64,000 bases of DNA, taken from positions 30,875,504 through 30,939,503 of the forward strand of contig OZ037765.1 in assembly GCA_964035545.1 (NCBI GenBank), given 5' to 3'. Position 1 is the stretch's first letter. Every line of letters begins with the position of its first letter. Source of the stretch: Bugula neritina (Eukaryota > Animalia > Bryozoa). Of this stretch, positions 37,719 to 50,200 are shown piece after piece. The position numbers and the translations under genes are program-made. The notes under the pieces were generated by a model that saw nothing but the letters and a program-made list of their open reading frames with translations, searched no databases and was not told where the DNA came from.

Positions 37719-39358
37719 TGAGAACATCCTAACTACTGAGGGCAAAACTCAACTGAATTGACTATCTACCAGTATTTTATGTCCAATAAGCAATAAAGAC
37801 ACAAACTAAAATATCTAAGCATTTTTAATGCAATACCTCACAGCAATTTGTGTCTTTTCAAATCAAAACAAGGCATTGCCTAGGCAAGTAGAACTTAAGT
37901 TTAACCTTCATGAATTCTATAATAAAATACCTAACAGCTTACATAACAAATGCACTATAAGTTTAGTATAATCCAGGCCACTGAAATCACCTAATCATCT
38001 AGCTGCGATTTAGTTGCTATACCTTTATTCCCAATTGATAAATAATATTGCATAATAGGTTATTATAATTTTATTGTTCTATTTTAAGAGAACATGAAAT
38101 TATAATAATTAATAATTAATATCCATGTCTGCTGACATATTTATGTAGGCCATAACTAACACATGAAATCAAACTACAGAGTCAATATATAATCTTATGA
38201 GATTTATTTGAGTGCATCGATGTAAAGATGTAGATATTTTTACTAGCCTGAGATGTGACTTTTGGTTTGGAGCGTAGTTGTTTTATTTCTCACACTACGA
38301 ATATTACTAGAACTCTAGTGCTATCCAAAAACATGCACTTAGCTCATTATACTTGTTACTGCGCTGGTAGAGTCTAACTTTAAGTAAATGAATGACAAAT
38401 TTAAAAACAGTATTAATAAGATATAGCATGAAAATAAGTAATTTATGAGATTATTATTTATTCTTTTACATATTATATTAACACGAGATGAATGTATCTT
38501 CTAAGGGAAGGCCATTAAACTATTATAATTGATTATTTCCATGTTGGCAACTTCAGTGTCCCTCAAAGTCTTTCAACAGAGTAAAGTTTGCAAAAAAGAG
38601 AACTATATTAAAAGGTAACTAAATAAGAGTGTGTTGAGAGAGATAGCAATTGTGAGCTCATTTGAATCTCTAAACTAAGTTACAGCAACCTGTTGAGACT
38701 CAGTTATAGGCTAGCATTGCCAGTTCGAAGTGAATTCAAATTTTCAGTTGACTCAATGGCTGCACATATTCAGTTTGACTCACAGATCTCAAGAAAAGAA
38801 ACAAGCTTTTAAATCAAACTTTTAAACTAATTGATTGATCAATATGAATATTACATACTTTGATCTTCATTTTGACAGAAAGTGTTTAATATTTAAGTTA
38901 CCCTGTTTGTTACTAAAAGGATATTCTATATTCAATAATTCTGATGTTGAAGATTTGAAGCCAAACGCATCCACTTGGAACAAAAGATTCTATGAAATAC
39001 TCTTCAAGTGAAAGTTTATCTAACAAAACTAAGTTCTCCTGGGGTTTTATATATGACATCAACAACTTATAAAATTAATTCACAATTCACAGCATTCTCA
39101 AGTAGGCCTGCAGTTTAGCAAGAGTTCGTAAACAATCAGGTTTTGGATGGTTGCTATTAGTACTACTGCTTCCACTAGTAGTCACTGTAACATCGACTGC
39201 TAGCATTTTAGTGCTGGTAGTGAATAAATTTTAGCCTACTCTTCGTGAGAATGACTCTACTTTTGCAAAACTTGGGAATATAATAATTCTAACATAAAAA
39301 TGAATTAAAAAATCAAAGTCAATAGGAACTTGGGTTATATTTATAAAAATGAACATAC

Positions 39359-39445
39359 CTCCATGTCAAAACAGGCAGCATTGTCGAAATACATTGGCTG
39401 CTTAGTTCTACTTCTTCGAGATACGTGCTCTTGGTAAAAATCCAT
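39359..39445 (-). CDS. Probable first coding exon of the SEA/FZ/LDLa gene (MDFYQEHVSRRSRTKQPMYFDNAACFDME)
   Basis: Strong Kozak context (acaaccATGG), 29 codons and a phase-0 donor GAG|GTATGT. The exon at 14476 has a phase-0 acceptor and stays open for 70 codons upstream of the ORF-track Met at 14266, so it needs an upstream coding exon. Confidence 0.6.
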
Positions 39446-42400
39446 GGTTGTGTGTAGTCCGTATATTCTTAGATTTGACTCAACTTTGAATCCCAATCCT
39501 GATCCACATTGTTATTTTAAATTTGATAATTTGAAGCTAACATTGTTGAGTACAAAATATTATCTCATTTCCTAAGTTAAATACAAATACAAATTGAACT
39601 CAGCTGTTAATTCATTTAAAAATATGACGTAATAGCAATGTTTTTAAATCTGTTACAAAAATATGTCAACAAGTCCCACAAACACCTAAAGGAACGCAGC
39701 AGACGACTGAGCGGTCCTCATATGTCATTCCGTGTGAAGGTCTATGAATAATATAGCTCATTATTTTGCGCCCGGTGTTTCATTTTGAGGCTGTTATTGG
39801 CTTACCCTCAAACATTTGCTTGAAAACAATACCTAGGTGTAACCACGTGCTCGGGTTTTCTAAGTAGCCAATTAATTGCTCAGCATATGTTATTCCCAGA
39901 TAACTGCGTGCATTGGCACTTGCAGCTAAGTTCACTTTTCATGCACGAAAATCTGATCCAACCAATAATATGACTTTACAGGAGTAAACTACTGCGGCCG
40001 GAGATTTATAATTATTCAATAAAGTAAGCAACTACAGTGCAAAGTTTCAACAATGTGTTGTAACTGTTATATCTTCTAACTATGTACATCTCTTCAATTT
40101 TCCCACACAAAATAATTGTTATACAAAGTTAACTGTTTATACTTCATTTGCAAAAGTTTAACCAAAACTGACTTGAAGTTCCTCCTAATGATAATATTTA
40201 CTAAACCTTTGAATGTTCACAGCTTTAAAATACTATGGGAATCGCCTTCATGATAAACCAGCAACCAACACCTTGTATTATTTTAAATATTACAGCTTTG
40301 ACTAGGCTTTGATTGGCTACAAATTTCATTTTCAAAAATTATTTTTGGTGAAAATTAAAACATACCAAGTTACCATAAAAATTTCATTGAAATTTTAATG
40401 TTCTATCATACTCAAACAATATTGACAGCAGTAGAAATGCTATTGTCTATTGACATTGTTGAGTCTGTCAATTTTACTACTTTTTATTGCCACTTCCTTT
40501 TTAGTAGTTTATTACGTTTAAGTATTGCCAGGCCAAGATTTGCAAAATTAAATCTTTATTCACAATTGCATTGAATGTTTTCATTTTAATTCTTAGCTCA
40601 AAACTTGAGCATTTGTAAATGAAGCAAGTAGTTACTAATATTTTATGGAGGAAGAGGCAAACTAGGGTGAAGGTTTGTTGATGACCATATTTACCTTCTA
40701 CTTCAAAGACTTCTCCGCAAGATATTATATCGATAAGAACAAACAACACATAATATCTATGTGGTGATTAACATAGCATTGAGCTGTTAAAGATGAATGT
40801 TTCTGTATTATCATATAATTACATAGAAGGATATAAAGACTATATAGAACTTTGTAATTACAGGGCTCTATAAATGACTCATGTATTTCAAACCAAGTTA
40901 TCTCAAATATTTTATTAGAACTTCGTTGAATTTATTTGAACTGGCTGAGATAAATATTTAATTGTGTAAAATGAAACTATACAACTGATCAAACATTATA
41001 TTGGCGGCTATAAAATCATAATTATAGTTGCTCACAGAGTGACCTCAATGTTATTGCTTAAAATTAGGAATTTTTCTGTCCCTTTCTTTTCGCTGATAAT
41101 GAAGTTGTAATTTTGCTTAGACTATGTTTTGTTCTTTTTAATTGTTCTTTAAAAAGATTTTACTTAAATTTTCTCATTAGGCTGTTCCACTATCATATAC
41201 AAAAGCCGACACTGTGTAACCCATATAAGGACAACTCCTGGAATGAATAACAGATTGAAACAGCAGTATTTAATGCTTCTTTGAGTTTCAAAGTTCCTCA
41301 CAGGAAAGCCGTGGAGACTCTGTCTCTCAATAATGTGAGATATCAATTTAGATTGTCAAATATATGTGTTAGAGCACCTGGTCACATCTGTCAAGATGAC
41401 AATCACTTGCATTACAGTTTCTACCATGCCATTTATGTTGAACAGCATAGATATACATCTAATATACACGTTTCTTGGTAAAATTATTGATAATGATGCG
41501 GTGTTACACAAAGCAGGTTATTTTGGGATTCATCTATTGTTCTTTTATAGCTTCATTTGGCAATAGTTATACATTCAGGGGTCATGATGTAATATTAGTG
41601 CTATTGTTTTACATCAAAATCTTGTGCTAGTTTATTTTTGATAATTTTAAACAGCAAGTAAAAAGAAGAAATTTAAACCTCCACAGACAAATATATAGGA
41701 TGTACTGTGGCTTTATGTTCGTTACTTGAAAAGTAAAGCTTCGTGAAAGTGCTAGTTAGCATATTGACTGACTCTAACAATTTGTAACGATTTTTCAATA
41801 AAATTCCAGCTAGTTGGCCCATTGGGTGCATCTGGCATAATGCAAGTAATATGGGGAAAGTTGTTTATAGCACTCAACTACCTGCTAACTCATGTCAGTT
41901 TATAGCAGATGAATTTAATATAATAAGTAATTTGTTACATTATATTATATTATATCATGGAATGCTAATCTTTATTCATGCTTACTAAAGTGTATTACTT
42001 ACTCCACTTAGATATAATGCAATATCCCAAATCCTTTATATTTATTTATAGATGTACACATTAGGATGTTTCTAGCACTCTTTATTTTAATACACCTATT
42101 TGATTTTCAAAGACATTATATATATCATTAGAAAGTCAATTACAAACACAAGTCAGTGTTGAAATCAATTGCTATTGTAGGTATGCCAGCATTTCTCTCT
42201 GAAATCTGTTATACTAAGTTGTGTTAGTTTATAATGTATGGTGGAGTCAAAATACCAAAATGCTATATGCTTTAATTAATCACAGTATATAGGGCCTAGG
42301 TGCTGACTATAATTTCTGAATCCAAATAAACTGAGGCAGCAGTTTCAACAATGGAGTGTTGACAGCAGCAGCATAATTATACTAATAGCTCACACAGGCA

Positions 42401-44015
42401 GGATCTATAGACTACAGTCTAGTTCATTTGTCTTGTCAGCATTAATTTTTTTAAATAAAGATGTGAACTTTTTCTGTAGCTGACAGTTTCCATGAAGCAC
42501 TGCTGTGTATTTATAGTATTTCTCACTCACAGCACAATTAATAACTATCGTGTGATTTATGGGTTGAGAAGTTAAAGATTTTGTGGCATATTTTTAGTGA
42601 AAAATTAGTTTAATCAATTATTACTGCACTCAATTATTATTTGCTATCTTATATACACAATCTATATTATATTACCTAGTGTACCTACTCAATGCACTAA
42701 CTTCTTGCATAGGTGTTTGTGTAATGTTACTATTATATGCACATCTGCAGTTATATAATTGTATTGTTTTTTTAGTTTTATATTTACTGCCATCTCTAAG
42801 CCTTGAGTCTCAACAGCGGACAGAATGTATGACCAATTTACTTCTGTTTTACTCACAACTTAAGTACTCAAATAGATTATAATAATTTTATTTTGTAGCT
42901 ACTTTGGCCATTGACTAACTGCTACTGAACAATACAACACACGTATCTAATATCCCAACAGACCCCTTTAAAACAATCATTAGCATTTTTAAGTGTTTAC
43001 CCACTAGGCATATATTCAATAATGAAAGTCTATAGTATTTAGCAGCTTTAATTAAAGTAAATAAATGAGAAGTCTGTGGAGTATTCCCAAGTGAGTCAAC
43101 TGGTTAGAAGCTAAGCAGCAGCAAATTACGCTCATTACCTTGTAATGTCCCGGCAGCAGGCTGACAGTTAATTGCTGCCTTCTTTGTCACTGCTTAGAAC
43201 AGATCCCTATCTTTCTGTCTGCCCTATTTCTCATAATTTATCTCAAAATCTAAACGCAGAACAATTATCTTAGCTTGACATAAACAGCGAACTGGCCTTT
43301 TAACAATAGACTAATTTTTCACGTCTATGTTTTACATTTCTGTCAGATTTCGTTCAGCTTTGTCAAACAGGTGTCAAGTTGTTTGAACACTTGGAATATT
43401 TTTAGTTCTTCAGCCTGTTAGTCATAACTTACGTACTGCTCGTGATTTGTGTAGTTTGCGGCCAAAACTGGTACTTTTAGGTTTTCAAAGCAATGTATAC
43501 CCATCCCTTGTAAATAGTACGGACATTGTATAAAGCATATAAATGGCTTCACTTCTCTCCACCTGTCTATAAAGATTAAATTTGCACCTAGTTAACATCA
43601 TTCTAGTTTGCATATATAGGAATATTTTGTCTTCCGTCTTATTTATCTAATTTGAAGATGCAATAATTTTGCTTTACATCTAATGTTTTTTTTTTAATTT
43701 AATATTGAAGAAATAAAAAACAATTGATTGAAAATGTTATTTTGTAGTAAATAATTACATTTTTTGGATAAATTTAAAATTGTACCAAACTTTTTAAAGG
43801 TAAACCAGCGTTTGTAGCCCATAAAACAATTTAGCCTCAAACTCTTGCCAGTATTCTAGTCATTATTTCGTTCTGTAGTTAAAAAAAACATGTAGAAGTT
43901 TTAAAGCCTTTGCAGTTACAAGCTTTATAAGTTGCTGGCAGCTATTTAAAGCACTAAGTACGGCTTTTCAATATTCATAAATATGTATATGGGTGCAGTC
44001 TACAAAATAATTGTA

Positions 44016-45735
44016 CCGTAAAATGGGGTAACATTGGCCGTTTTGAGACATATTTTGGGTGTCATATGAAAGGATTACAATATTCTTTAAAATTTTTGGA
44101 TGCTAAATGAAGCTTATCAACATATGCACTAAATGAAAGAACCATTTGCAGTTTAGGACTGCTAGATCTCCTGTGGTATTAAAAAAAGTAGGTGGCCAAA
44201 GTTACCCTATTTTCGGGGTAACTTTGGCCGGTGTCGTTATTCTCCATGTAGCTAAAGTTAGCAGCACTTGGAGCTTTTTTAGCCAGTTAGAAATTAAAGA
44301 ACAACATTATTCAACTTCATTACTACAAAAAAAAATTATTTTAAACAAAATGCAAGCTATAATAGTGTAATTATTGCATTGGAACCACAGCTATTCGAGG
44401 TACATTGTTATTAAGTGTAAAAACTTTTGTATATGTATAAAAAATCAGGTATTTTGCTGGCAACATTGAATAAATCACTGTACAAGTTCAAATTCTATTG
44501 AATTTAATCTTAAATTCAAGTATGCCCTTTCAAACTATAGGCTGTAGCAGTTGTCTGTAGATCTTTTAAATAATGAGTAATGTCTTCAGAATTAACTGTT
44601 GCCCATTCCGGTGCTATGTTTTGGCACAACCTGTGAGACAAGCTATCTTTATGTCTTGACATAAAACTGAGACTCCAGTGATCTTGAGGGTAGTTGCTTT
44701 TGAAATGTTGCACTCTTCTCTCACATTTGTCAAAATAGGTCTTGACTATTATTCGAAAGTCTGTTTTATCTAATGGAAAGCCCCATTGAGCCAGCTTTGT
44801 AGTAGGTATGGTCAACAATGGCTACCTCCTCTACTTGTGATAACACAGTTTGGCGTCCAGGCTTCAGCTTGTGTCTTCATGCGGCTCTGTTTTGTAGTGT
44901 TCCTTTGGTAATATCATATTTCTAGCCACTTCTTGTCAAGACTTTCCAGCTGCCAATTCTTGTGAATAAAGCAAAACCAATGATCTCCTCAGATATACCA
45001 TATCTTGGAGATGTTACTTTTCTTTATTATTTTCTGAGTATAATTGTCTTGAAAAATACATTTTACAATGCATGGTCAAATTCTTATATAAAAAAAAAAA
45101 CATTAAACACAAAATTGCTGTCTGGGAACAAAAATGCATAATTCCCCATGTAATTATTTCATATTTCGGACTCTAAGTTGTTTCAAATATATAACTAAAG
45201 CATTGGGTATAGGTGAATCAAATGATTGTGCCTTTAGAGAGTAATGTACTATGTGTCTGAAGTAACAGAAAATTCGCAGCGCTGCCAGAAACCTACTTTG
45301 GAGTACCATTTAGTCATGGCCAAAGTTACCCCAAATTCATCAAAAATTGTACACAGTGAATTCAAGACACATATTTTAATTTTTGGTTTCAATTTATTTA
45401 CCTAAATTACAAATATCCTGGTTAAATACTTACCAAAGTTCTTTAATACAAAAAAGAAAATGAGTCCAGCTTTTCTAATGCCTTCAAATAGATTAAAGTT
45501 GGACAGCGCTGAAAATCTTGTTGTCAAACAGGAAATTGAAAATGGCTGACAGCAAGAAGCAGCAAATAAGTATATCAATTATTTTTCAGGAATAGGATGC
45601 ACCAATCTGCAGTCAGTGCATATATACAATTAAAATATCTTTAGACTTCATAGATATAGCACCAGCTACATTTTAAACATTTTTTCCAAAGTGGCCAAAG
45701 TTACCCCAAGTGGCTAAAGTTACCCCATTTTACGG
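44016..45735 (-). mobile_element. Internally deleted pogo/Tigger-like (Tc1/mariner superfamily) DNA transposon
   Basis: 24-bp TIRs CCGTAAAATGGGGTAAC(A/T)TT(G/A)GCC (2 mismatches) flanked by TA at 44014-15 and 45736-37. Subterminal GGCCAAAGTTACCC repeats and a transposase remnant lie inside. Confidence 0.9.
44516..45050 (-). pseudogene. Transposase remnant (psq-type HTH plus CENP-B HTH; DDE domain missing)
   Basis: KYDITKGTLQNR..*..KPGRQTVLSQVEEVAIVDH, then a frameshift, then LAQWGFPL..FKSNYPQDHWSLSFMSRH..LSHR..NI. These are typical pogo N-terminal motifs, interrupted by stops and frameshifts. Confidence 0.8.
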
Positions 45736-47222
45736 TATATTATAAACTACTTTCTGTTTCTATGGTAACCATAATAAAGTATTAAATATTATTAACCACT
45801 GTTCTTTTCTCAAGTCCTTAGACTATAACATATACAGATTATAAAAAACAAACATTATTATACGAGATTGTAGCCTGTAAATACCCAATATATAGAAATT
45901 ATAAGACAGTTGTAGTAATTAGTAATAACTTTTACTGTAAAGCGCTAGGTTTGCATTATCATAATTACATGAGGCAATAACTCCTATAAACAAAAACTTT
46001 GGGCACTAATTATATATTCACCCTGTTGTCAGTATTTCAAAGATGTCTATAGATTGAACTGAACTTTACCTTTTGTCGAACTAGAGCCAGTTGGCTTGAA
46101 TATGACTCATTTAAGAGAATAGTTTGCAGAAGTAGGCGTGTCCCATGCATGACAAATGTAGGTGTATAAATCATAGCTGACACATGTTTATTAATTCCAT
46201 TTTACTGCTTGCATATTTGCACCACTTTGCAATATTCAACTCATGTATGCATACATATGAGTGACAGAAAATAGGTTTAAATACATGTTTATATTTTGAT
46301 AACCCTATTTGGTATTAGTTACTTGTAAGACTGTTTTACTTATGAAAGAAATTTATTTACACAATTTAATCTAGTGCAGCCTAATAAAATATTATGAAAT
46401 TATGATAAATGATAAATTAGGATTTTGTAAATACTAAAGCATCACACTATGGTAGTCTCTAGAATATCCTGTACTATACCATTACAAATATTTATGTTTT
46501 TATAGTAAAAACATTTGAAACTATGATTTAGATATTTTTTATTTTTGATAAATTTGCACACTTGAAGTTTTTACAATAAATGTTTATGTATTTGTAACAG
46601 TACAGCACTAGTAGTGCTTTATGTAAATGGCAAAAAGGAGGATAACTCCAAGATGTACCTATAGCCAATAACATTACATTCCTTATAATTCCTTATAATA
46701 CACAATAGATTAGACTAGTATGACGAATGCCTACAACATGCAACGTGATATTACTATGTACTGGAGGTAGCGATACTGCACTATAAATACACTCCAGATG
46801 GTAGCAATGTCCAAATCAATTACTTTCACAATGAAACCCAGCAGCAAATAGCACTGTCAGTACGTTAATTAGCCCAACACACAACACTATAGAGTGTATT
46901 GATCGTTCGGATAGACATCATTGATTTATATGCAATAGCAATGCTCTCTTCATGTAACTGTAAACAGTAAACAGTGAACACACTAGAAAGGTAAAGAAGA
47001 TATCACAGTGATTCTGAGACGTAAACACCATCAATCAAGTTTTAGTGGAAGAGAGATCATTGACGTCTGCAACACACCCCTGATTTCTAAATTAGACACA
47101 CATGGGGTCATGATACGGCAGCACTTGTGCCAGTTTAGTCCCTTTTGCTTTGTGTTTCACTTTAACTGATTAGACCCGCAAGGCAATTGGAATATTTCAA
47201 CAGAAGTGCAGGCAGCTGTGAC

Positions 47223-50200
47223 ATGGCGGGCTCGGAGCAGCGTAGTCTGGATTATTCTCAGGTACGGCAGCATATGATCAACGGCAGCATTTATTGTAAT
47301 GGGAAAATGAGAAGTTTACACATTAACAAACTGCTAGGATTAGAAGTACGATTCATGTGAGAATTCTTATAGATATTTTTTCTGAGTATAAAATAGTTTA
47401 TTAGATTACTCAAGAAATGCAATTAAACTTTAAAGTAATGTAATTTAAGCAATGTAATCAAAGTAATGCAAATAATGTAATAAATAGAAGTAAAGTAATG
47501 TAAAAATAAAGTAATGTAATTAAACTAATGCAATCAAAGTAATACCATCAAAGTAATGCTATCAGAGTAAAGCAATCAAAGTAAGGCAAATAATGCAATG
47601 CCATAAATTATTTCACAGTGTACTGTCACATATGAATTTCAAACTTTATATATAAATGACTTAAGTTGGAATAAAAATATTATCAAATTATAAAAATTTG
47701 ATTTGTTCAAAAGTTGGAAATGCTAAAAATTTCATATTGAACTTCTGCTAAGACAAATTAGTTAATCTCTAACAAGCCAATCTTAATGACTAACATGAAT
47801 AGCCTTCGAAGAATACATGAGCTAAGAGGCTTTTAATTGGATTATTTTTTATTCATTACTTTTTGGTGATCACTTTCCAACATTAAATTCCTTCCTTAAA
47901 TTCTTATTACCACATGCAGCGAGTTTTCCAATTGCATGTTGAACAAAATGAAATTGTCTAAACTTTCAACTATATACACAATTGTTAGATCTTATGAATT
48001 TAATTTTGGGTAGAGGATTTAGAGCTTAGCAAAAGATGCAGTTTTCATTAATCAGTAGCTTATTCAGCTTTTACAAAGTATTATCTCAACCTAGCTTTAT
48101 GGGAAAAACATCTTCTTAACTAACAACAATAAAGTTCTTATTTTGTTATATCTTGTTGAAGCCAGCTAACATTTTCTTTCACAATGAGGTGATGCCGTAA
48201 TATGAAAGTTTTACCTGCTACCCTAGTCTTTGCACAAGCTCAAACAAATAAGAAATTCATAATTAATTCATGACATCACATTCATTCCGATACATCGTTA
48301 AGACCTGAACACAGCTGCTTAGCATAAACAAATAAATTCTAGTGTTGACTGGCTTTTCTTTGCTCTGTAAGAGATATCAAGGTATCTCAACTTCTCGACT
48401 ATAAAATATTCATCACTTTTGTATGTTTTTCATGTATTCAAAATTATTTGTTAACATATTAAGCTGCAACTACTGTAAATGCTACATTAAATTAAAATTA
48501 GCAGCTGAATTTCAAGTATTTTGTTTCACAATGACTTAAGTTTATCTATTAGTTGTTTTCTTTTGTTTTCTTTATTTTTTCAACTTCAACATTTTTGCTT
48601 GCCATGAGAATTGCAATTAAGTTTATGTTTTCTAAATTTTTCTTAAAGTTATTTTACTTCTTATTGCAATGATCTATCACCTATCACCCCAGGGTTATAT
48701 TGCTGAAAAGTGAATATTCATAATAGAGACTATAAACTATTACATCTTCCACCAAATCTATTACTAAGCTGCAATTTTTAAGTCTCAGATTTCTACAGTT
48801 ACAACTTACTAGTAACTAATGAAAGACTATAAGAACATGCAACCAGTTATATAGGAAGAGCATTAAGCATGTGTACATGTAGCAACCTGTCTTTACTCAA
48901 AATAAATTAATTTCTTTCCAAAACAATGCAGTATAATGCTGGTATAATGACTTAACTAGATATTGCACCATGTTTTATATGCAGAGAAATAACTCAAGAA
49001 TGTAACCATGATATAACAGTCCAAAATAAACATACAGGCATTTAGCTGTTGCTATATATGTGTGTTCCTACTGTACAGTAATAATAATATAATTAGCATC
49101 ATAATAATTATTATAATATATGTTACGTGTACTTTGAGTTATAACTTTTATATAGTAAAGAATTGAAATACAATTATTATTCAACTAATACCTTCTCTAC
49201 TCTAACATTGCATCATTTACAGTTCAAACCATTCATTGATATTATTATGATAGCCTACATTGATATTATCAATAAATTTGTTTATTTGTTTACCGGAGTG
49301 TATCATCACCCAATTAGCTAGGCCTAAAACATTATAATAAATATTATTGTACTTCCTTCGCTGTAGTAATATTCAATCAGCTTACATAACAAAAGGAACT
49401 CCTACACAAAAGATGAGCCAATTATGAAAATATGCCTTGCTGATTGTAGCCTCCGAGAAAAAGTTAATTTTGTTATTGGCTTCTCATTACACACACTATG
49501 TTTTTATTAGCTACAACTATAATAGACATTCTTCCACTATATAGTATTACTTAATATTCACACACATTATTATGCATTCATATTTTTCTACTAATAATTC
49601 CAAGCAAAATACAAAATATGATTATATCAAGGGTTAATAAAAAAGTTCGATTCAAATTTGATCTAATTTGTCTAAACTGAAAAGGCTGTTTATAAAAGAT
49701 GCTTAATAATTATGGTTGGTTTGGTAAATAGATATATTGGTTATATTTATGAAACAGAGTATATGTTATGTAACCAAATGATACATTTTACTGTTTTGTT
49801 GTAATTATTGTAGTAAAATTGCCTTAGTTGTTGGTCCATTTGAACAGCTGAAAAGTAATCATACAATAATTATGAATCAATATAAGATTCATAGAAAATT
49901 GCATTGTACTATTGTATATGAATTTTAAATAGGATCATGATTAATGTAATTACTTTTGAAGTTATTACCATATATGTCAACCAAGTTTTATTAAATAGTT
50001 GCATAAAGAGTAGGGCAAATACTAAGGTTTATTTTTTGTAATTTTGTCTAATAATATGTATAACTTCTGTATGTAGAATAGTTGGCAAGCTACTTTAGAT
50101 CTAAATATTTTATTCCTTAACTCTATTCCCGAGAGTCACTATTCAATATGGCAGATATTTTATATTTAAACATCTCTTTTAAAACTGCAGGTTCTCAGTT

